This document shows positions 45,581 through 54,028 of a stretch of DNA of 64,000 nucleotides, piece after piece. The position numbers and the translations under genes were made by a program. The notes beneath the pieces were generated by a model. That model had not been told where the DNA came from, ran no database searches, and saw nothing but the letters and a program-made list of their open reading frames with translations. The DNA comes from a virus, in IMG/VR virus record IMGVR_UViG_3300037225_001188, positions 66,794 to 130,793 of that record; one strand, given 5' to 3'. The first letter of the stretch is position 1, and every line of letters starts with the position of its first letter.

Positions 45581-46072
45581 ATGCCGACGCTCTCGCAGAC
45601 CAACGAAGTCGTGGACATCGTTCTGAAGATCGCCGGTGGTCTGCTTGCCATCCTCCTCACTGTCACCGCCTTCCTCCTGCGCCGCCACATCAAGCGCTGG
45701 GACGACGACATCAAGAAGCTCGACGAGAAAGCTGAGGTCCTCCAGAAGCGGATCGAGGAGGTCGCGGGCCTCGTGACCGAGCGCTTCGAGGAGTGCCTGT
45801 CATCGATCACAGAGGGGGCGGTGCACGACCTCCACGCCGAGGTCGAGTCCCTCAAGCGTGAGTGGTCCGACCTCAGGGTGCACATCCCTGAGCACTACCT
45901 CCCGCGCACCGACTTCGTGCGCGACAACACCATCATCGACGGCAAGGTCAGCGCTCTCTTCAGGAAGTTCGACCGCATCGAGGTCGCGCTCGACTTCCTG
46001 AAGGAGCAGCTCGACAAACTCCTGGCACGGAGGTCAGCATCCAATGGGCAAGGCACTGGAGATGCTGCGTGA
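45581..46072 (+). CDS. single-TM coiled-coil protein (holin-like)
   Basis: hydrophobic IAGGLLAILLTVTAFLL then coiled coil and Y..R.DF.R motif. Confidence 0.55.
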   Translation: MPTLSQTNEVVDIVLKIAGGLLAILLTVTAFLLRRHIKRWDDDIKKLDEKAEVLQKRIEEVAGLVTERFEECLSSITEGAVHDLHAEVESLKREWSDLRVHIPEHYLPRTDFVRDNTIIDGKVSALFRKFDRIEVALDFLKEQLDKLLARRSASNGQGTGDAA

Positions 46073-46304
46073 GGTCGACGTGCGCTACCTTCGCAACGGG
46101 TGGAAGGACACCAGAGGGGTCCCTCACTCTCCGATCTTCGAGCCAACCGGCAGGACAGACAAGGTGATAGCGTTCTCGGAAGAGCATGAGGTCGGGCGCG
46201 ACTACGCCGACCTCGCCAAGCGATTCGACGACCTGAACGAGCGCGCTGACAAGGACCTCCTACCAAAGTTCGACGCCCTCCTGTCCAAGTTCCAGCTCCT
46301 CTAG
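46044..46304 (+). CDS. hypothetical protein
   Basis: ATG after GGAGG. Confidence 0.6.
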   Translation: MGKALEMLREVDVRYLRNGWKDTRGVPHSPIFEPTGRTDKVIAFSEEHEVGRDYADLAKRFDDLNERADKDLLPKFDALLSKFQLL

Positions 46305-46444
46305 AACCTTCCGTTCGTCCTTGCCTCGTAGTACAATACGAGCATCTACTGGGCGGTTCTGCCCGAGTTGAAAAAACTTGGCAGGCGCTGAGCCCTGAGG
46401 CGAGGCGTCTTGGGTGGGTCGGTAGGTCCGACCCGGCGGTGGAC

Positions 46445-47431
46445 ATGTCTAACATCACGTTGACGATCACCGTCTCTGACGTCATCTCGGTCACAACCCA
46501 GTATGATCTCATCAAGATCTACCGGTCGAGCATGGGGGCCGACGGCGACTACGTCGAGGTTTCGACGCCGGCGTCGCGCATCCCGCTCATTGGTAGCATC
46601 TACGAGTATCAGTTCGTAGATGCCGGCGGAGATGCAGCCTTTTTCTACAAAACCTCGTTCTTCAACTCCGACACCGAAGACGAGAGCGACCTGTCGGCGC
46701 CAGTCAAGGGCGACCTGACCGGCAACTACGTCTGCGTCCAGGACTTGCGCGAGGAGGGCTTCACCTCCGCTCAGATGCCCGACGCTAGGGCGCTAATGCT
46801 CATCCAGCTCTGGGAGGACTTCGTCGACCAGTTCACGGGTCAGTGGTTTAACCCGCGGGCGGCGCGCCTCGAGCTTGATGGGTCGGGTTCGTACCTGCTC
46901 CAACTTGGGGTCCCCATCATCCGGGTTGACTCGCTCCAGATCAACGGGTCGAGCATGGTCCTCCCGACAAGCCAGTACGTGGTCTACGACGGGGTGGAGA
47001 ACCGGCAGAACCCGCGGATCAAGATCAGGAGCGCAGCTTCGAGCGAGTCGGAGAATTTCTACCAGGTGGTCGGCGGAGATCTCAACGGAGGCACGTACAA
47101 CACGCTCTTCGGCCTGGGGTTCAATCGCGGTGAGCGCAACCAGGTCGTGACCGGGCTCTTTGGCTACGTCGAGAAGGACGGCACGGCGCCGCTGCTCATC
47201 AAGTACGCCGTTCGCAAACTCATCTCGCTGAACTCGGCGAAGATGGGCTTCGGTCAGGCGTCAACCATCGCCGGCCCCGTGGTCGAAGAGGTGACCGACC
47301 GCCACAAGATCCGCTACTCGGAGAAGATGCTCCCGACCGCCACCTTGACGGGCGACCCGGAGCTGGACCGCATCCTGTGCCGTTACCGCCGCCCGGCCAT
47401 CATCGCAGCCCCATACGGGGAGCTGGTCTGA
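46445..47431 (+). CDS. head-tail adaptor with extra N-terminal beta domain
   Basis: Y....DL....FVDQFTGQWF...LDGSG...FNRG..N..V...FGY...P..IK.A...TG..ELDRIL.RY. Confidence 0.8.
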   Translation: MSNITLTITVSDVISVTTQYDLIKIYRSSMGADGDYVEVSTPASRIPLIGSIYEYQFVDAGGDAAFFYKTSFFNSDTEDESDLSAPVKGDLTGNYVCVQDLREEGFTSAQMPDARALMLIQLWEDFVDQFTGQWFNPRAARLELDGSGSYLLQLGVPIIRVDSLQINGSSMVLPTSQYVVYDGVENRQNPRIKIRSAASSESENFYQVVGGDLNGGTYNTLFGLGFNRGERNQVVTGLFGYVEKDGTAPLLIKYAVRKLISLNSAKMGFGQASTIAGPVVEEVTDRHKIRYSEKMLPTATLTGDPELDRILCRYRRPAIIAAPYGELV

Positions 47432-47432
47432 G

Positions 47433-47837
47433 ATGCGCCCCTACCCGCGCCTCCTCCACCCGGTCCCGGTCGAGTTGCGCAAGCTCAACCGGGCGCAAAC
47501 CGCGTGGGACAAGAAGGCGCGGGAACCCATCGGGCACGCTGTCCGCGACGTCGCCGTCGTGCTCGAGGCGCAGGTCCGCTACAACCGCATCGAGCAGCCG
47601 ACCGCCGACTTCGAGGGCGTCCTGCGCGACAGCAAGGGGATGCTCCTCTTCCGCTTCTGCGACCTCGAAGCCATCCCGATCACGATCGAGCGCGGTGACA
47701 AGGTGAGCAAGATCGGCAACCGCGCCTGCGACTTCTTCGTGTCCCACTTCGAAGACGCCGGGCACCTACAGGACTACGGCGGTGCTACGCTGCTCGCGGT
47801 GTGGTTCGTCGACCGCACGCCCGGGGAGTCGAGCTGA
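47433..47837 (+). CDS. head closure (stopper) protein
   Basis: position, size, WD...REP and I.RGDK motifs. Confidence 0.7.
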   Translation: MRPYPRLLHPVPVELRKLNRAQTAWDKKAREPIGHAVRDVAVVLEAQVRYNRIEQPTADFEGVLRDSKGMLLFRFCDLEAIPITIERGDKVSKIGNRACDFFVSHFEDAGHLQDYGGATLLAVWFVDRTPGESS

Positions 47838-48514
47838 TGGCTGCCTCGGTCCGCATCGACACCTTCAAGGGCTGGGACCAGTTCGCGGCGGCCACGGACC
47901 CGAAGAGGTTCCGCCAGGCGCTCGCGAAGGAGATGTTTAAGGCGACGACGAAGAGCTGCAACGAGATACGCGACGAGATCGCCAAAAGCATCATGGGCAA
48001 GGGGAAGGTGTATGAGAAGAACTCTGGCCTCACTATCCTCTTCAAGCGGACCAGCACGCCTCTGATCGGCGGCAACTTCGGCATCGGCCCGGAGATGGGT
48101 GGGGGCACCGACCCCGGCGCGACCATGTACAAATCGCTCGGGATCGACGCCAAGACCTACGAGGGGTTCATCGGGGTGGTGCGGAATCGAGGCGGGTTCA
48201 ACGTCGCCTACATCGTCCATGAAGGGGCAACCCTCAGGATAACCGAGAAGCGCCGGAAGTGGCTCGCGGCCGCGATCGCCTCGGCCATGGGGAAGCAGGG
48301 CAAGGACTTCTCTAGGAAGGGGCAGGCCTTCACCGTCGACATGAACGGGAAGGAGAAGCGCATCCCCTCAGCGAAGGGGTCGAACAACGTCGGGAGTGCC
48401 ATCATCATCCCGCCGCGGCCGTTCATCCGGCACGTCATGCAGGACCCGGCCCTGCAGCGTAGGGTCATCGATCGCTGGGGCATGGCGGCGGCGAAGGCCC
48501 TGATGGTGAAGTAG
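47837..48514 (+). CDS. neck/tail completion protein (HK97 gp10 / Mu gpG-like)
   Basis: AYIVHEG...IIIPPRPFI. Confidence 0.8.
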   Translation: MAASVRIDTFKGWDQFAAATDPKRFRQALAKEMFKATTKSCNEIRDEIAKSIMGKGKVYEKNSGLTILFKRTSTPLIGGNFGIGPEMGGGTDPGATMYKSLGIDAKTYEGFIGVVRNRGGFNVAYIVHEGATLRITEKRRKWLAAAIASAMGKQGKDFSRKGQAFTVDMNGKEKRIPSAKGSNNVGSAIIIPPRPFIRHVMQDPALQRRVIDRWGMAAAKALMVK

Positions 48515-49827
48515 TGGAGAAGCTCGTCCACATTCCGAAGATCTTCGAGTTCGACGAGGACGAGCGCTGGCGCTTGTCCTTCAGCTCGTCGAAGATCCGT
48601 CTGTCGGTCGAAGACCGAGCCGTCACCCTCAAGCGGGTCGAGCCCGGGTTCCTCGGGTACTTCGGCAGCGACCCAGTCTACCCGACCGACGAAGACCTCT
48701 GTGTCAAGACCTGGGTCACGACCCCGCAGGCGCTCACGGCGTGGGTCGCCTTCGACGCCTGGGCCTACGCTCCTCCTGGGACGAGCATCGGCTTCCGCCT
48801 GTCGCCCGACGGGGCCGTCCAGAAGTACTGGGACGGGTCGGCGTGGGTCGATGCCCACGACGGCCACCTGGTTGGGACCACCTGGGTCGAGGGCGAGTGG
48901 AGCACGCTCCAAGAGGTCAACGATCACATCTCCGCCTTCCCGGTCGCGCAGAAGGCGGTCCAGGTCATCGTCAACCTGCGCACCACCGACCCGACGGTCA
49001 CGCCCGTGGTGCACGGCGTCGGCGTCCTGTACGAGGCGTTCCTCAACCAGTACTACGACCTCATCTACGACTCGCTGCTGGCGTACGTCGAATCGATCTG
49101 CCCGTCCAAGGAGTGGGTTTTCAGGCTGGTCGACGACAGCGCCTACATCGACCTGAAGGCGGGGACCGAGTACAACGTCGGCACGTTCAACGTCGTCGAC
49201 GTGGCCAAGGTCTTCGACCAGACGAACGACCCGGGCCACGCGACGAACGTCAAGGGTAGCTACGACGCGACGACGAAGCGCCTGACGTTCGCCAGCACCA
49301 TCCTGGCCGGGACCGAAGTCTGGGTCCAGTTCTCGTACCAGCCGACCACGGCCGTCATCACGGAGCAAGACTTCGGCACGGCTGCCATCCCTGCGGTCGC
49401 CATCGTGGGCATAGACGAGCTGCGCGGGGCCCGCCTCCCGGCCGGCGTCTGGTTCAAGAACCGCGCCGCAGGCACGGCCGTCAACGTCCGTAGCCCATAT
49501 CGCACGACGCTGCGGCTCACCATGAGGATCGTGGCCGATCGCCAGCGCGACGTCTCCGCCATCCTCCAGCTGCTCCAGGAGAAGCTCTCCCAGGAGCCGC
49601 TGCTGACCGCCGTCGGGACCGACGAGCAGTACTCGATGCAGATCCAAAAGGGCATGTCCGACTTCGGCGGGCCGAACTTGTCGGACTTGGTCTACAAGAA
49701 CTTCATCATCGACATCCTGGACGTGAACTACTGGGTCGTGGGAGAGCGCACGGGCAGCCTAGTCACTTCAGGATTGAAAGCCAGCGGGGACCTGTCCTTC
49801 ACGTCAGGCCGCGCAGAGAGACCTTGA
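48514..49827 (+). CDS. tail terminator-like protein with N-terminal extension
   Basis: immediately upstream of sheath; C-terminal PAVAI...L.L.....R.RD pattern. Confidence 0.55.
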   Translation: MEKLVHIPKIFEFDEDERWRLSFSSSKIRLSVEDRAVTLKRVEPGFLGYFGSDPVYPTDEDLCVKTWVTTPQALTAWVAFDAWAYAPPGTSIGFRLSPDGAVQKYWDGSAWVDAHDGHLVGTTWVEGEWSTLQEVNDHISAFPVAQKAVQVIVNLRTTDPTVTPVVHGVGVLYEAFLNQYYDLIYDSLLAYVESICPSKEWVFRLVDDSAYIDLKAGTEYNVGTFNVVDVAKVFDQTNDPGHATNVKGSYDATTKRLTFASTILAGTEVWVQFSYQPTTAVITEQDFGTAAIPAVAIVGIDELRGARLPAGVWFKNRAAGTAVNVRSPYRTTLRLTMRIVADRQRDVSAILQLLQEKLSQEPLLTAVGTDEQYSMQIQKGMSDFGGPNLSDLVYKNFIIDILDVNYWVVGERTGSLVTSGLKASGDLSFTSGRAERP

Positions 49828-49837
49828 GGAGGAATCC

Positions 49838-52435
49838 ATGAGCCAGAGAGTCTACGGCCCGACCCAGGGAGCCGGCACCCAGATCACCGAGACGGACGCC
49901 GAGAAGACCATCGTTCCGTCGACCTTCGGGGTTACCGTCCACGTCGGCGCCTACCAGCGCGGCATGGTCGGGGCGTTGAACTTCGCGCCGAAGAAGAAGC
50001 AGTTCAGCGCCCAGATGGGCGGGCGCCTGGCGAACGGCCTCATCGCCCCCGACGCGGCGTTGGATTTCTTCGACATGTCAGAGGGCGCCGGGGAGCTGTG
50101 GTGCGTCCGCGTCACCGATGGCAACGAGGTCGCTTCTTCGGTGTACCTCTACAACCGCCGCGTCCCGCGCAGCGCGGTCGTGAAGTTCTCGGCGCACGAC
50201 GGCGGCCAGTGGGCCGGGCGCGCCGGCTTCCTCGTCGGCGAGATCGAGCAGACGACCGTGGGGACGACCACCTCCACGGACCTCACGGAGACCACGCTGT
50301 CGACCGGCAAGACCATGCTCAAGGACTACTGGGCCGGCGCCGTCCTGAAGCTGCACGCCGTCGCGACCAAGTCTTACCTCGTCCTCAGCAACACGGTCGA
50401 CGGCGTCCTCACCGTCGTGTCGGACACGACGATGCTCACCGACTACGGCAGCAGCGTCGACCTCGAGTACACCCTCGAGCTGGCCGACGTGGCGGAGCCG
50501 CTCGAGGTCTACGTCCACGACGGGACCCAGGCCCCGACCGAGGAGTGGGGCGCGGACATCTACTGGAACGGCGCGCTCGAGCAGCAGTACGACAACCTCT
50601 CCAGCGACCCGACCAGCCCGCACTACTTCGTGCGCGCGTTCAACGACGACACCGGGAACTTCTCGGTCAAGGTCCAGGATCTGTGGACCGGCGGCTACGC
50701 GGCGGACGTCCGCCCGGCCAACCACTACGAGCAGGTCGCGAGCCTGTCGAGCACGGTCGCGAAGCTCGAGATCGTCCAGGCCAAGGTCAACTCGGTCGGC
50801 GGCGGGACGGCGACGATCGGCGGCTGGAGCTACGGCCAGAAGGTTAAGGCGCAGTCGCTCACCATCACGTTCACGACCCCGACGGCCTACGGCGTCGTGA
50901 GCGACCAGTACGGCAGCGTGGGCACCGGCGTCGTGGGGGCGGCCTTCGTCCCGACCTTCGGCGCGGACTACATCCCGTCGTTCGTGGTCACGGCCGGCAC
51001 GTTCGCGATGGCCGCGCTCGACACGATCTCCGTCCTCGTGAACCCGCTGACCCCAGACGCCCTGGTCGGCGGCCTCATCTACCCGAACAAGGCGACCGAC
51101 CGCCGCACGTTCTTCGTCATCGTCTCCAACACCGTCGACACCGTGACGGTGAAGTCGGACAGCGACATGACGGTCGTCGCCGACGCCGGGACGCCCGGAT
51201 CGGTCACCGGGACCGCGACCGGCCCGACCTTCAGTACGGTCGGGAACACCGCCCTCGCGCTGCGGATCGACGGCGGGCCGATCCAGGTCGTGCCCATCCC
51301 GTCGGGCGCCACGGTCGCCGCGGCTAACATCGTCAACTCCATCAACAGCTCGCTCGGCATGACGATCGCCAGCTACACGACAGACAAGCACATCAAGCTG
51401 ACGAGCACCATCGGCGGCCGCTTCAGCGCCGTCTGGATCGGCGCCGGCGGCGCGAACACGCCGCTCGGCTTCACCGCCAGCACGAACCACCCGGGCGCGG
51501 TCGGGGACAGCGCGATGCTGCAGTGGCGCCAGCCGCTGGCCGGCGGCTACGACGGCCTCGCCAGCCTGACCTCGTCCGACTACGAGGCGATGTACGACCT
51601 CGACACGTCGCCCATCAACCGCCTCTTCGGACGCCTCAAGGGGCTCGTGAAGCTCGGCACCCCGGGCGTGACGAGCACGGCGCTGCAGAAGCAGGCGGCC
51701 GCGTACGCCGAGGCGCGGAACTACCAGTACCGCTACGAGTGCCCGGCCGACATCGTCACCGAGGACGCGGCCGAGGAGTACGTCAACGACACGCTCGGGC
51801 GCAGCGACTTCGCGGTCATGGCGTTCCCGTCGTACGCCTACATCGCGAACCCGCTGAAGAACAGCGTCGGCATGAAGCTGGTCAGCACGACCGGCGCCAT
51901 CCACGGCCGCGAGGCCAAGATGGCGAGCGCCTGGAGCGGCTACCACAAGGCCGCGGCCGGCGTGGACGTCACGCTGCCGGCGTTCCTGTCGCTGCCGACC
52001 GGCGACGCCGTCCTCGACGAAGAGAGCCTGAACCCGCAGGGCATCCAGGTGCTCAAGTTCGTCGGCGGGAACCTCATCATCTGGGGCGACCGCACCGTGT
52101 CGGCCGACCCGAGCTGGATGTGGAAGCACCAGCGTGAGCAGATGTCGCACTACGGGAACGTCCTGAGGGAGAACTTCGACTGGATCATCTTCGCCATCAA
52201 CGACACCGTGTCGTGGACGATGGCGTGGACCGAGCTTGACAAGTTCTTCAAGCAGGAGGTCACGAACCGCGCGCTCGACGGCTACAACGTCAAGATCGAC
52301 GCGGAGAACAACACGACCGACACGAAGGCCAAGGGTAACGCGAACTGCGACATCCGGCTGAAGTTCGTCGACACGATCGAGAGATTCCGCATCGGCATGT
52401 CGAAGGTCGGCGTGTTCGAGGACGTCGGGACGTAA
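49838..52435 (+). CDS. contractile tail sheath (865 aa)
   Basis: GTQITE N-terminus; HKAAAG; LNPQGI; IWGDRT; WIIFAIND; IERFRI. Confidence 0.95.
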   Translation: MSQRVYGPTQGAGTQITETDAEKTIVPSTFGVTVHVGAYQRGMVGALNFAPKKKQFSAQMGGRLANGLIAPDAALDFFDMSEGAGELWCVRVTDGNEVASSVYLYNRRVPRSAVVKFSAHDGGQWAGRAGFLVGEIEQTTVGTTTSTDLTETTLSTGKTMLKDYWAGAVLKLHAVATKSYLVLSNTVDGVLTVVSDTTMLTDYGSSVDLEYTLELADVAEPLEVYVHDGTQAPTEEWGADIYWNGALEQQYDNLSSDPTSPHYFVRAFNDDTGNFSVKVQDLWTGGYAADVRPANHYEQVASLSSTVAKLEIVQAKVNSVGGGTATIGGWSYGQKVKAQSLTITFTTPTAYGVVSDQYGSVGTGVVGAAFVPTFGADYIPSFVVTAGTFAMAALDTISVLVNPLTPDALVGGLIYPNKATDRRTFFVIVSNTVDTVTVKSDSDMTVVADAGTPGSVTGTATGPTFSTVGNTALALRIDGGPIQVVPIPSGATVAAANIVNSINSSLGMTIASYTTDKHIKLTSTIGGRFSAVWIGAGGANTPLGFTASTNHPGAVGDSAMLQWRQPLAGGYDGLASLTSSDYEAMYDLDTSPINRLFGRLKGLVKLGTPGVTSTALQKQAAAYAEARNYQYRYECPADIVTEDAAEEYVNDTLGRSDFAVMAFPSYAYIANPLKNSVGMKLVSTTGAIHGREAKMASAWSGYHKAAAGVDVTLPAFLSLPTGDAVLDEESLNPQGIQVLKFVGGNLIIWGDRTVSADPSWMWKHQREQMSHYGNVLRENFDWIIFAINDTVSWTMAWTELDKFFKQEVTNRALDGYNVKIDAENNTTDTKAKGNANCDIRLKFVDTIERFRIGMSKVGVFEDVGT

Positions 52436-52446
52436 CGGAGACAAGC

Positions 52447-52480
52447 ATCACGGTGGGCATCGAGAGGTGCCCACCGTGAT
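52447..52480 (+). terminator. 13-bp stem hairpin between sheath and tube
   Basis: ATCACGGTGGGCA...TGCCCACCGTGAT. Confidence 0.6.
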
Positions 52481-52515
52481 CGAGCAACGCAATCGAAGAA
52501 GGAAGGAGACGACCG

Positions 52516-52968
52516 ATGAGCCTCAAGCGCACCATCAAAGCCGACCACATGCCGGTCAACAACTACGAGATGCTGGTCAACGGCATGCCGAAGATCATCT
52601 TCATCTCGGTCGAGGGCCTCGACGAGGAGCTGGAGACCGTGGACCTGCCGGACCGCACCGCGCGCTCCGGCGGCAACACCAAGGCGCTGAGCTTCACCGC
52701 GAAGCAGCCGCTGCACCACGCGCTCGAGGTCCAGGCGATGGAGCAGTGGTACAAGGACTCGCAGCACCCGGTGAAGCCGGACTACCTGAAGAACGCGACC
52801 CTGATGTTCAAGAGCCTCACCGACATGCACTCGAAGAGCTACGCGCTCACCGAGTGCTTCCCGCACAAGCGGGTGCTCTCGAACGCCGACATGAACGACG
52901 AGGGCAAGCCGGCGGAGCTGACGTGGACCTTCCGGGCCACGGAGGTCGTGAACATCCCGGGCATGTAG
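52516..52968 (+). CDS. tail tube protein (T4 gp19-like)
   Basis: 150 aa after sheath; F.SVEGL..E.E; W; K.ATL; Y.L..CFP.K. Confidence 0.88.
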   Translation: MSLKRTIKADHMPVNNYEMLVNGMPKIIFISVEGLDEELETVDLPDRTARSGGNTKALSFTAKQPLHHALEVQAMEQWYKDSQHPVKPDYLKNATLMFKSLTDMHSKSYALTECFPHKRVLSNADMNDEGKPAELTWTFRATEVVNIPGM

Positions 52969-53050
52969 CATCGCGCAGCCGGCCGGGGGTGGTCCTCGGC
53001 CGGCATGAAGGAGCCTCACAAGGGCCAGGAGCCCACTTGGAGGAGTCCAG

Positions 53051-53830
53051 ATGAAGACGACGCTTGGTGAGTGGGGGCGGAAGCTCCCGGTCGGCATGGT
53101 GGAGGGGGACAAGTTCAACCGCGAGTTCACCTTCCGCGACCTCAACTTCGGGGTGGAGCGGGAGGTTCAGAAACTCGTGGCGAAGGAGGAGACCAAGACG
53201 CTGGGGTCGCACGCCACGCTGGTCCTCTCCCAGATCCTCACCAGCCTCGGCGGGCAGCGGCTCGATCCGGCCAAGTACGACGAGACGCGGGCGCTACTCG
53301 CGAAGTGCTGGCTCGCCGACGTCATGTACATGTGGCTGTGGGCGCGCCGCGAGTCGTGCGGCAAGGACCTCGAGATCAACTTCCCGTGCACCAACCAGGA
53401 GTGCCGGTTCGTCGAGTCCCCGACGCCGGTGTACGACCTCGACAGCTTCGACGTCGTGACGGCCGACTCGGTCGACCAGCTGCACGGACAGTACGCAACG
53501 AAGACCCCGTACGAGGTCCGCGGGCAGACCGTCAACGCCTTCCGCCTCCAGCCGCCGACGTGGTCCATCTACATGGGCAACGACGCCGTGAGCGCCGAGA
53601 TGGACGCCAAGGTCATGCTGGCCGGCATCTGCGGCACCGACAAGCACGAGTCCATCCTCCTGACGGACCAGGAGGTCGACTGCTTCCGCCGGCTGGACCA
53701 CGTCGGCGTCCAGGCGGCGATCAACAAGCTGGTCTTCGGGCCGAAGCTCGTGGTCGAGCACGCGTGCCCGAAGTGCCACCGCGAGTCGAAGCTGTTCCTC
53801 GACTGGCAGTTCGACAGTTTTTTCTCCTAA
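53051..53830 (+). CDS. tail assembly chaperone (T4 gp26-like, zinc-binding)
   Basis: between tube and tape measure; C....C and CPKC; ends FFS. Confidence 0.8.
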   Translation: MKTTLGEWGRKLPVGMVEGDKFNREFTFRDLNFGVEREVQKLVAKEETKTLGSHATLVLSQILTSLGGQRLDPAKYDETRALLAKCWLADVMYMWLWARRESCGKDLEINFPCTNQECRFVESPTPVYDLDSFDVVTADSVDQLHGQYATKTPYEVRGQTVNAFRLQPPTWSIYMGNDAVSAEMDAKVMLAGICGTDKHESILLTDQEVDCFRRLDHVGVQAAINKLVFGPKLVVEHACPKCHRESKLFLDWQFDSFFS

Positions 53831-54015
53831 CCCAGCCGCTCGAGCGGCTGGAGACGCTGCAGGAGGTCGAGTTCATCCTGCTGTACTGCGTGAAGGGGAT
53901 GAGCCCCGATCGGGTGGCCGGGATGGACCAGAGCGAGCGGACTTGGTGGATGAAGCGGCTGCTGAAGGAGAAGAAGGCGGAGCAGAAGGCGGGCGGCCTG
54001 GCCGGGCTGCTCTAG
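53818..54015 (+). CDS. -1 frameshift extension of the tail chaperone (G-T type)
   Basis: slippery T TTT TTC at 53818-53824; -1 frame open to 54015 with no RBS or start for its first half. Confidence 0.8.
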   Translation, partial: FFLLTQPLERLETLQEVEFILLYCVKGMSPDRVAGMDQSERTWWMKRLLKEKKAEQKAGGLAGLL

Positions 54016-54028
54016 GAGAGGCGGAGCG

